A stretch of DNA of 64,000 nucleotides from Gnetum montanum (lineage: Eukaryota; Plantae; Gnetophyta): NCBI GenBank assembly GCA_015680685.1, contig MNCI01001451.1:112814-176813 (forward strand), given 5' to 3'. The notes beneath the pieces were generated by a model, which saw only the letters and a program-made list of their open reading frames with translations, did no database searches and was not told the origin of the DNA. Below, in pieces: positions 50,196 through 62,018 of the stretch; position 1 is the stretch's first letter, and each line of letters opens with the position of its first letter. Both the position numbers and the translations under genes were made by a program.

Positions 50196-51063
50196 ATGGT
50201 GCAACCTGAAGAGAGAACAATCCAAAAAGCCAACAACAGAAGTAGGAGGAAAGTAATCATATTTCCTGCAGTAGGAATGGGGCAATTTATACTGATGATG
50301 GAGCTAGCCAAAAGACTCTGTTCTTATCATCAACTATCTGTCATAGTGATAATGACGGAGTGGAGTGTTCCGCAGCAGTTTATCACGAATTACAGTAGCC
50401 CCCTAGCTTTCAACGATGAAGAAATAATCTTCAAGCAGTTGCCGTCGCCCAAAATTCATCACGACCAAGAAATCTCAATCTTGGAGAAAATGGATTTGCT
50501 GCAGGAGAAGACAAAGCCTCTACTAGAGGAAGCTCTACATTGTGAAACATAAGAGTCCCATGGTGGTAATGCTTTCACTGGATCGGGATCCGGAGAGGCT
50601 TTTGCCAGAGGGATTTGCCAGGAGGACCAAGAATAGGGACCTCATTTTCATGTTATGGGCACCACAGGAACAGATTTTGAGACATTCGTCCACAGGATGC
50701 TTCTTATCGCACTGCGGCTGGAACTCCGCTATGGAGGCCATCGTGTGTGGTGTTCCCATTTTGGCTTGGCATCTTGCGGCAGAGCAGAAGATGAATGTGT
50801 TCCTTATGGAAAAGCATATGAAGGTCGCCCTGCCCATAAAAGCGCGGCCATGTCATGGAACAATGTTCGTGTATGAGTAGGACAGAGACGAAATAGAAAG
50901 AGTGGTGAGGGAACTCATGACGGAGAATAGTGCAATAATGGTGAGACAGAACATGGAGAAGCTGAGCTACGCTGCAAATGCTACCATTTCTCCTCCTGCC
51001 GGATCGTTGTTTGTGTCTCTGTCCCAAGTTGCTGCTTTGTGGAAGCAAGAAACAGAGTCATAG
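50196..51063 (+). pseudogene. Family-1 UDP-glycosyltransferase pseudogene (group E / UGT72-88-like), internally deleted
   Basis: N-terminal KVIIFPAVGMGQFILMMELAKRL (catalytic His position reads Gln); complete 44-aa PSPG box WAPQEQILRHSSTGCFLSHCGWNSAMEAIVCGVPILAWHLAAEQ (50656-50787). Only ~290 codons in total, with a frameshift near 50547 and an in-frame TAG at 50878 followed by DRDEIERVVRELM...*. Intronless. Confidence 0.92.
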
Positions 51064-52513
51064 TCACAGTCTAATGCAAAGTTAACGTCGTTGCTCTAAT
51101 GTGCATCAAGTTGCAACCGATGCAGTTTGCTGGGTTGCTATTTTCATGATTTTTTGGGATCGTCTCTACGTATGTTTCTTCAATTTCCGGTCAAAACTGT
51201 TTAAATTCATTCACTTTGATCGTATGCGATTGATGGCAAGCCAAAGAGCCAGCAAATTCAAAATTGGGTTCGCTATCCTTGTATGTGAAACTTAAACTAG
51301 AATTGAAAAAGTTTTTTATTATGTCCTTAAAGACTCGCAACATAGCAAACATTTCACTAATAAAGTTACCAAGCTTTCTTGATACTAGCTTTAGTTGTAA
51401 TATGCTATTTGTGGTGACAATGTTCGAAAACAGTAGGTTATCTCTTCTCATGGAGTGTTGACCTATCTATTGTTGATGCCAACCTTGCCCATGCTAAGCA
51501 TGGGGCCATGATTAATAATTTTAGGAAAAAAAAAAAAAAAACTATAACACCAAAAACATTCAGCTCCAACTCCACCCCTACCTAGTATTCAATAGATATC
51601 TATGAAACATAGTCCAAGTGTTTGTTTAACACTTGCAAATAATATAGAATTTATGTATTTACTGTAATATAATATAGAAAATCATACTCATCCAACCCTA
51701 TTTTAATGATTAGGTTGTCAGTTTACCTTATTTTCTCAAATTGAATGCTTTCGTGATCATTTGTAATGGACTAGATGGTAAATCTTGTGTGCTTTTGGAA
51801 ATTCTAAAGCTAAAAAACAAGAAACAAAATAATGTGTTTGAAATTAAATTTTGAGAACCAAAATTTTAAATAAATGCATAATGAAACTAGGGGCAAAGTT
51901 TTATTTTATTCATTGTTAATTAAACAAAATGAGAGAATTAAAAAAAAATCAAAAAATATCAAGAAATACTTTGAATAGGTTGAATGTTGCTTTTACATCA
52001 TTATATGGAAGAAGCATTTAAACAAGTATTGCATATAAATTAGAAAAACTAGAATTGAACTCTTGTAAGTCTATATAAATATTCAGTTTTAACTTCTCTG
52101 CTAGGTTTATATATAGTTTTGATGTTTTTTTTTGTGGTAAGTATTTTATAACTTGCTCATATTCTTAGGTTTAGGTTTAAAAAAGAGGTTACATTTTCAC
52201 TTGTAAACTATCTAGTGGTTATATTGTGATTGATCTGTAGAAGTTAGGCTTTTATTGAATTATCAATTTAAGCTTCAACCCATTGTTATTATCTCTTTGT
52301 TGTAGGCAAACAAGATTTGGCTCATGTGTCAAGATTCAAGACCCTACAAACGACAATGAGATAAAAATTTAGACACCCAACATTGGCAAGTTTTCATGTG
52401 CAACATTGGAGTGGTGGAGCAAGTGGCAGGGGTTTCACCAATGGAGGTGGTAATGATAGTGGGCATTATAGGAGAATGTGGGTGTTATAGGCAAACATGG
52501 CTTGTAACCATGG

Positions 52514-52707
52514 TGGCATTCATTGCAAGGATGTTACATGCTGGACGTGGTCATTATTGAGAAGTTGCAGCACTATTAAAAGGTGTGGCAAACAAACCAG
52601 GGGCGGGGGGTGGCATTCATTGCAAGGATGTTACATGCTGGACGTGGTCATTATTGAGAAGTTGCAGCACTATTAAAAGGTGTGGCAAACAAACCGGGGG
52701 CAGGGGG
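52514..52707. repeat. 97-bp near-identical tandem duplication in the 5' LTR only
   Basis: TGGCATTCATTGCAAGGATGTTACATGCTGGACG... at 52514 and 52611; single copy at ~60121-60212 in the 3' LTR. Confidence 0.93.
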
Positions 52708-54379
52708 GGTTGGTGGTGGGCTTTGGGCTTTTTTGGGACTTTGCATCGGGCATCCCCTAGCATCTTGGGAAGCAACCTTCAATCTCTCCCAGAGGTGGTA
52801 GATAGTGGTGTATGAGGTGGTAGTTGTAGCAAGTAGGGGTCCAGTCACTCTTCCCTACACAGTGTCGGCAAATGCAAACTCATCAATAGCGATTGGTCAA
52901 TAGTGGTGCCTTGATTAGCATGAATGATTCACGACATTGCTTCCATAATCCTAGCACACAATGTGTCAGTAGCACATGATGGGGCAACATGCGACATTGG
53001 TGAGTGGTGACAATTGTGCAAAGTTGCAAGCTGCTGGGTTCTTTTCTTTTCTTGGTAGCAACCACAACAAAATAGCCATGGTTGTTCCTTGTTACGTGTT
53101 GCACGTGGTAGGCACGTGGTGGTGTAGAGCAAGTAGCATCAACATCCCTCTCTTTCTCAACCATGTAATGATGACAACACATGTGGTAGATAGGGCCGAC
53201 CAACAAGAGATCAAATCTGGCTACCATTGGCCTTCTCCTTCTCTCTAGCAATGTAGTTCAATAGGTGATATCTATATAGCTACATGCACAAATTGCGATG
53301 GTCTCTTTTCTCTTTCCCACTCCATGTTGTAGGCTAACGGTGGATGGTAGTTAGGCACATGAGTGTAGCACGCGTGGAAGGTGAAGCATGGGTGGTGCCA
53401 ACAATAGGTAGATTCCTCTCTTTCCTTAGACATGCGGTGGCATAGCAATGGTAGTAGGTGGTCTCCCTTTGCAATGTGAGATCCAGCTTCTTCTCTCTTC
53501 CTATTTCGACGACTACTAGCAGTGTTGGCTACAATGACATTCGTAATGAACTGGCGACACGAATGGTGGTAGCAATGGGATTAAGGAAAAAAAATAATTT
53601 TTGTAGTTCCCTATTATTTTAAACAATTACTTATTTTAAAATTTTAATGCATTCCAATTAGAATTCCCCCTTTTTTTGTGTTTACTATTTTCAAAAGGCT
53701 ACGTAGCCTTATCCAACTTAGACTATTCCTGGGTTTCCATACCCATATGGGAGGCATCTTAGGTAATAGTCTCCTAAAATAAGTTTTTCTTTCCTAGTGT
53801 TAGTGCATCCAAAATTTATGTAACACCTTTTTGGAGCTAGAAGGAGGGCTTTTCTCCTACCTTTTGTTTATTAGCTCTTCTTGTCATTTTCTTATGGCTA
53901 TTTCATTTTCCGATCTTGTCTTGGAACTTGTTGATTTTTTTAAAAACATTTGTCTTTAGACCCTTTATTTTTTGCCTTTTTTATGCTTCCCATTTTCTTA
54001 AAATTTTTGTTACTAAAACCTTTTTTAAAACCCTCATTTTCTAGTCCCATTTTTAGATTTGTGTTTTTGTGGTCCTTACCTAAGTCTCAGCCTTGGTAAG
54101 GTGGTTTTTATTACTCATTTAATTTTAATTTATTTTTTGAAATTTTTTATTTTCTTTTAAATTTTACAAATAGTGTAATTTCATGCATTTATTTTTCTTT
54201 AAAAAATATTTTTTAAATAGCATAACTTAGTGTTTTTTAAAAATTATTATTGCAATATTTATTTTACTTTTACTTAATTTTATAGTTTTGTTTTAACATT
54301 TGTATTATGAAATTTTTCATTTTATGAGTGAACTTACCTCATCTTAATCGACCAGTCACCTATCTCTTCACATTAAGGA

Positions 54380-57300
54380 AATGACAAGCTTTATATTTCT
54401 TGAGTTCTAGTCCTAGGAGAAATTGGACTAGGATGGTAGCCCATCAACCTTCAGCTCCCTTGGTAAGCAATCTCTTGAACTTTACTAACTACCATGGCAT
54501 CTGGAAATCCCTCTAGAACATAAACCTATTCATACAACCCCTATGAGTGATGCCTGCCAACATATACAATGTCTCAAAACCTTGCTAGGGATCTACAACA
54601 TTGTACAAAATGATATGGTATGTATGGTGTTTGTGACAATATTTAGAACTAAAGCAACCCAATGGTTCTTGAGGCTTCCTGATGCCTCTATTGACTCATG
54701 GAAAGAGTTCAAAATTTTTTTTTGATTCAATTTGATAAATTCACTGGCCCTACAATCACATCAAGTAACTTCATAAGCTTAAGAACATTACTTGGGGAAC
54801 TTTTCAGGGATTAGAACCTTAGATTCCTTCATTAGCTTGCCTATGTGCCAAATGAGATGCATCCACAACCCAATGGTATTGTCAACTTTTACCCCTCTAC
54901 CATCAACCCATTCTTTGCTTATGCCATCAAATCTGATTTGAACATAACAAAAATATAGGGACCAGTGGCTATAGGCATGGAGTTAGAACCAATAACCCTT
55001 ATGAATAGCATTCAAACCTAGTGTAGGATGATGAGTATTGGTAATGTTATGCCTCAAACTTCTTCCCCTTTTCAACCAACTCAACCTTCAAAAAATTACT
55101 TTCAAAGTCCCACATCTTCTTCATTTCTACCATGTAACACTGGTTTGAATGATGAATAATTGAAGGCCTTAATTCAATCCATCATAAACCCAAATGGGAT
55201 ATCTAATCCTATTAAACCCCCAACCCAAACTCAAGATCAAATGACCCAGATACTGACTTCACTATAGAAACTTTCCAATGAAGCGGTTGAGCTAAAGAGA
55301 AATAATAACAAAGACCCTACACAATTGGAAAAGCCAAGTGCATTAATCACGATGATTATTGTCATCTCCATTACATGAGGTAACATTCTGAGAGGACTTG
55401 TTCTCAATTCTTGGCATTATATGGTGATCATACCCAAGGTCAACAGAATGGGAAACCCCCTATTATGGTCCTTAATGTACCCCATGAAACTAAGAATGAG
55501 GAAGTTTTTTTGTTTGAACAAGTCATGGTAAGCCACCCCAACCCACATAACACACACTACCATAGAATTAGTGACATTGTGAATACCACACAACAACAAA
55601 CTAAGAATAATCCTTATCCACCACCAAATAGGAGAGTTCTTAATCAAAACAATGCAAACAACCAAACTGGGCCACCATAAGTAGATGCCCCACAATGACC
55701 AAACTTCCCTTCTCTACCTAGAAGAGCCCCACCTCAACCGAAAGCCAAAGACATACCTAAGACTTATGATTTGGTTGAGGATTTGAAGAAAATTAAAGCT
55801 AAAATTTCAATGTATGATCTTTTATAGTTTACTGAAATGAAAGATGTAATCCAAGAGATAGTTCATAGACTGGAAACCAATAAAGAAAATACACCACTCC
55901 CTGAAAGGCAAGTTCAGTTTGTAGAGAGTCCTAACACATTATTAGTACAGAATGCAAACAACTCCATGCCATGCAAGAAAGATCAATCTCCTTTTCTGAC
56001 AACCTTAATCATTTTAGGAAATAATGTCCATAATTGTTTGATGGATTTTGGTGCAACTATTAGTGTCATGCCACTTCAGGTATGTAAAAATTTAAGAGCA
56101 CAAATGATACCATAAATGAAAAGTGTAATTCAACTCAATTGGTCTAATGTACCCATAGTAGGATCATTGAAAGAAGTGAAGGTGCAACTTAAAAAATATC
56201 CTACATTTACATGTTACATTGATATCCTAGTAGTTGACATGTCATCCACTTATGGTGTACTCTTATCTAGGACTTTTGGAGCCAAGTTTGAAGGCTCCTT
56301 TAGGTCAAATTTCTCAAAATTGTTAACCCTTATCAAAGGAAAATCTAAATATATGACTATACCTAGAGAACCCTTTTATAAGCAAGTGGTAACAACTTTT
56401 GATCAACAAAGTAAATCTCTAGGAAATCAAAATATCAATCCCTTTGTTGGAGTCATTGAGCTAGGACTTGGCAAATATTTTTTATCCCTTAGATTTACCT
56501 AGATATAAGAGAAAGTTGTTAATATCAAAATGTTTGAAATTCACTCTAACAAATGGTGAACTATTCAGAAAGAACTTCTAAGGGATATACCTTAAGTGCT
56601 TGGATCAAGAATAGGCTAACAATGCTCTAAAATAGCTTCATGAGGAAGGACATATAGGATATCACTTGTTAGTTCATAAAATCGTGAGGGCTAGTTATTA
56701 TTGACCTACTATGATAAATGATGCTCACAACTTGGTTAGAAATTGTGTCCAATGTCAAATATTTAAGGGTAAAGATCCCAAGAGTTCAACCCCTTTATAG
56801 CCTATAATAGAAACTAGACCATTTGCACAATGGGCTTTAGATTTTATCAGAGTCATTAGTCCTTTGTCTACTACCCTACACAAGTTTATCTTGACAGCCA
56901 CTAATTATTGCACACACTGGTTAGAAACGAACACAACTAAAACTGCATCATCTTGTGAGGTCATTTTCTTCTTAGAAAATGATATAATCTTGAGGTATGG
57001 GTATCCTTACGCTTTAGTAGTTGACAATGGACCCGTCTTCATCTCCATAGAGTTTACAAATTGGGCTAGAGAACATAACATCATTATCAAGGTGGTAACC
57101 AAATATTATCCATAGGGTAATGGTTTGGTTGAGTCCTCCAACAAAATCATATTATATGGAATTAAGAAAATGATAGCCCAAAACCCATGTACTTGCCATG
57201 AACAACTAAAATGGGTAGTTTGGGCAGATAGGGTTCGTTATAAAGAATCAATCAAGAGTATACCATACGATTTAGTGTGCAGATAAGAACCAATATTGCC

Positions 57301-57690
57301 AATTAATTTGTAGATTCCAACATATCAGTTCTTATTGGACTATTTACCAATTGACAAGTGTCTAATATCACATACATGCAACATTTGGAATCTAGAGCTT
57401 AAAAGGGTTAAAGCAATAAAAAATTTATGTAGTCATTAAAAAATTATCAAAAAATGGTTTAATAAGAAATATGCAACTAAAGTATTTCAAGTAGGTGACC
57501 TAGTCCTTAAGAGGGATAGATCATCTAGTCAAATTGGCCCTCAAAATAAGTTTTCTCCTATGTGATCTAGTCCATTCCAAATTACAAACTTCATTGGCCC
57601 CAATGTATACAAAATTTCTAATGTGCAAAGGCATAAGTTACATAGGAATTTTAATGTATTTCATGTGAAGCATTTCTACTCAGTGCCCCA
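54380..57690 (+). pseudogene. Tat-like gag, protease and integrase remnants
   Basis: gag DMVCMVFVTIFRTKATQWFLRLPDASIDSWKEFK; protease VHNCLMDFGATISVMP; after only ~300 bp, integrase LHE...HKIVRASYY*PTMINDAHNLVRNCVQCQ, PFAQWALDFI, LVVDNGPVF, YYP*GNGLVES and a GPF motif (~57570). Confidence 0.85.
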
Positions 57691-60600
57691 CATGGCCAGT
57701 TGGTAGATTCTTAGTTGCATTTTTTCTCCTACTTCACCTTTCATTTCATTTGTATATAGTTGCATTTGGATATTTTCTTTACATTTTCATCATTTCTTTC
57801 TTAGCATATTGTTTTGATTTTTCTTTTTATATGATTTTAATAATTATTATGGTCTTTTGAGTTACTATGCATTGGGTCATTAGAGCACCATTCAAAAATA
57901 ATGTTAGTAATGCTTTATATAATATTTCTTATTACTATTACATGTAATCTCCTTTATATTATATATTTCAATAACACTATGATTCTTCCCAGTCTTTTTC
58001 AAGGTTTTAGTTTATTTGTTATGTTGTATTATGAGGGATAAAATTTATCCTACTTATCATGTAATCATCATGATCATGTGAGTGTAGGATAGATGACATT
58101 GGAGAATGGTTAGCCACAATTACTAGGTGACCTTGGAAAACTCCATTTTCACTCTCCTAAGCGCTAGCCCTTAAGTGTTATGATCCATGGCTATCCTATG
58201 ATCAATAGGGTCAAGTGTGTTCATCTTCATTTGAAAACCCTTAGCCACCCAAGAGACCTACTATGATGCCATCAGATTGTAATTAAAGGCACATACACAA
58301 GGGTTGAACTGCACCAAGGGTAAAGTTTTGAAAGGATCATGTTCTTTGGTAGTGTAGCTAATTAGCTAGACTTGTGTTGGAATTTTTTCCTTAAGAATGA
58401 AGTACACCATGAGCAAAGTTTCTTCAAAAAAATAAAAATAAAAACAAAAACAAAAGAAAAGAGATGAGGATTGTGTTCATTGACAATGTAATAAGTTCTT
58501 AAGTGTGATGGGGTTTGGTAGCTATCCTCAACCAAACCTCTATTTCCCCCTTTTGAACCTATTTTCCCAAAATTCAAAAAAAGAAAAAAGAAAAAAAGAA
58601 AGCAAATAATCCCTTTCACCCATTTCTTTTTTCAAAAAAAGAAAAGAAAAGAAATAGTCCCCAGGAAAAATCCAAAAGTTGCAGCTAGCCACTAACATGA
58701 GCCTATCCTCCTCATTAAGTTTGGCATAAGTCTCATGATCAAGGTAGTCCACATGCTTTTTTTACATTTACCTTGTGAGAAGATTGGAAATGTGATCTTG
58801 GTATATTTATCTATGTATTTAAAGTTACAATTTATAAAGAGTATGTATTTTGAGCTTAATTAAATAACATGGTTTGGTAAGGGTGGCCCATGTCTAGTTC
58901 TCTTTTGATTATATGGTTATTTTAATCATCTTTAGGTCAGCATAGTTTACTTTCAAGTTTCAGTTTGTCCATTTTGTGATGCTTTTGATTGCATCTTCTT
59001 TAAAAATTTCTGTGGTTTTCCTATCCTTTCATTCATATGCAATTAAAGTTTGGGGGCTAAGTGTTGATGCCAACCTCGCCCATGCTAAGCACAAGGTCAT
59101 GATTAATAATTTTGGAAAAAGAAAAACCTATAACATCAAAAGATGATAAAAAACATTCAACTCCAACTCCACCCCTACCCAGTATTCAATAGATATCTAT
59201 GCAACATAGTCTAGGTGTTTTTTTGACACTTACAAATAGTATAGAATTTATGTATTTATTGTAATATAATATAGAAAATCATACTCATCCAACCCTATTT
59301 TAATGATTGGGTTGTTAGTTTACCTTATTTTATCAAATTGAATTCTTCCTTTTGTAATGGACTAGATGGTAAATTTGGTGTGCTTTTGGAAATTCTAAAG
59401 GAAAAAAAATAAGAAATAGAATAACATGTTTGAAATTAGATTTTGATAATCAAAATTTTAAATAAATGCACAATGAAATGGTGGATAAAGTTTTATTTTA
59501 TTCATTGTTAATTAAACAAAATGAAAGAATTAAAAAATTTGAAAAATATCAAGAAATACTTTGAATAGGTTGAATGTTGGGTTTACATCATTATATGGAA
59601 GAAGCATTTAAACAAGTATTACATACAAATTAGAAAAACTAGAACTAAACTCTTGTAAGTCTATATAAATATTTAGTTTAACTTGTCTACTAGGTTTATG
59701 TATAATTTCAATTTTTTTTCTTATGGTGAGTATTTTATAACTCGCTCATATCCTTAGGCTCAAGTTTAGAAAAGAGGCTACATTTTCACTTGTAAACTAT
59801 CCATTGGTTATGTTTTCGTTGATCTACAGAGGTTAGGCTTTTACCGAATTATAAATTTAAGCTTTAGCTCATTTTTATTATCTCTCTGTTGTAGGCAAAC
59901 AGGATTTGGCTCATGTATCAAGATTCAAGATCCTATAAATAATAATAAGATAAAAATTTAGACACCCAACAGTGGTAGGTTTTCACATGTAGCATTGAAG
60001 TGGTGGATCAAGTGGCAAGAGTTTCACTAGTGGAGGTGGAAATCATAGTGGGCTTTTCATAGTTGGTGGGAATTACAAGAGAACGTGGGCATTGCAGGAA
60101 AATGTGGCCTATAACCATGGTGGCATTCACTGCAGGGACATTATGTGTTGGATGTGGCCATTATTGAGGGGTTGCAGCAATTATTAAAAGGCATGGAAAA
60201 TGAACCAGGGGTGTTTTAGGCTTTTTTTGGGGACTCTACATCAGGCATCCCCCAACATCTTGAGCAAAAACCTCCATTATCTCTTATAGGTGGTAGAAAG
60301 TAGTGTATGAGGAAAAAGTTGTAGCAAGTTGGGGTATAGTCATTCTTCCCTACATGGTGGGTGGAAAACGTAGACCTATCAATAGTAGTGCCTTGATTGG
60401 TGTGAATGGTGCACAACATCGCTTCCATACTCTTAGCATGTAATGCATTGGTAGCGTGTGATGGAATAGCATGTGACATTGGTGAGCAGAGGTAGTTGTG
60501 TAGAGCCATAGGCGGTGGGGTTATTTTATTTTTTTTATTAGCAACTGTAGTAAAATAGTTGTGGTTATTCCTTGCTATGCGTCATACGTGGCAGGCATGT

Positions 60601-62018
60601 GGTAGTGTAGAGAAAGCAGTAGTGGCATCCTTCTCTTTCTTAGCCACGTAATGATGACAACACATGTGGTAGATAGGGACAACCAATGAGAGATCAGATC
60701 TAGCTGCCATTGACCTTCACCTTCTCTTCAACAATGTAGTTCAGTAGGCAAGATCTATAGAGGTAGATGCACGAACTACAGTGATCTCTTTTTGCCCTCC
60801 TAGTCCTCGTAGCAGGCTAACGGTGGATGGCAATTAGACACATAAGCGTAGCATGCATGCATGGTGAAGCATGGGTGGTGCTAACAATAGGTAGCCTCCT
60901 CTCTTTTTCTAAACATGTGCCAACATAGCAACAATAGCAGGTGGTCTCCCTCTATGGTGTGGGATCTAGCTTCTTCTCTCTCCCTCTTTTGGTGGCTACA
61001 AGTAGTGTTGGCTACGATGGTGTTTGCAATGGCACAAATGGTAGTAGCAACGGAACTAGGGAAAAAATTTAATTTTTGTACTTCCCTATTGTTTTAGACA
61101 ATCACTTATTTTAAAATTCCAATGCATTTCAATTTGAATTCCCCTTGTGTTTCAAAAGGCCATGTAGCCCTCTTTAGCTAAGACTATTCTTGGGTTTTTG
61201 TACCCATATAGGAGGCACTATAAGCAGTATTCTCCTAAAATGAGTTTTTCTTTCCCCATGTTAGTGCATCGAAAATTTATGCATCAACATCTATCTATTT
61301 CAATTCAAAAATAACAAGAGCCCAATCTTGCCTTACTAACTTGACATCATAGATGAAGGGATATAGAAGCACATAGATAAGCTGCTTTCTTGTTGATGCC
61401 TCCTCTAATGTCAAGTCAAGTATAACTATTTTTCACCTATTGGATTATCTAAATGTGCAAAGGTGCCTTATCTCAAATGCTCTTACCTTGCTTTCTTGTA
61501 CCATAATGAAGAATCTCCTCCTAAATGTTCCATTTTTTAAGCTAGATCATTCCCTTATAAAACCATCTTTTATGCTTCTATAATCATAATTTCTAGTATC
61601 ACACATCATAATTTTATTCTTTGCACATTAACTTTCATTCCAAAATATTTGTAAAAATCATTTAGAATAATAAGCATTTGCTACAAATCTTCTTTAGACT
61701 TGAAGATCATAGCTATATCATCCACATATAGTAAAAAGCATACAAGATTATCATTAATTTTAATAAATTATTTACATAGAATTTTAAGCATCCACTTGTC
61801 TAGTTCATCAATAAAAATGCCAAAACATATAGGGGGAAGAACACAACCTTGTTTCACCCCAACATTACTATGCAGTAAAATATTTTCATGTAAGTTGTAA
61901 TCGGTGATCTATATATATACCTATTAGTAAAGACTTTGAATAGCATATAACATAGATGAAGGAGTGCCAATGTCTTGTAATAGCTTCTACATTTTACTTT
62001 AAATAATTGAACCATAGG

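Larger units (their letters stand above)
51471..61289 (+). mobile_element. Tat-like Ty3/gypsy element with both LTRs; gag-PR-INT, RT and RNaseH absent
   Basis: LTRs 51471-53825 and 59062-61289 (TGTTG...CAACA); TSD TCTAT at 51466-51470 and 61290-61294; PBS-like TGGAGCTAGAAGGAGGG at 53832-53848; PPT TGGGGGCTAAG at 59051-59061. Confidence 0.93.
51300..62018 (-). mobile_element. RTE/RTEX-like LINE RT fragment (61295-62018, probable continuation ~51300-51465), split by the Tat-like element
   Basis: Minus strand VKQGCVLPPICFGIFIDELDKW...VCFLLYVDDIAMIFKSKEDL*QMLIILNDFYKYFGMKVN (QGC ~61842-61857, YVDD 61717-61728). Continuation left of the TSD is inferred. Confidence 0.75.

Noticed and set aside
52585-53251. 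Cluster of 65-122 aa ORFs, plus similar ones at 19301-19837 and 60216-61097
   Set aside because: All lie inside Tat-family LTRs and are not conserved as frames between LTR copies.
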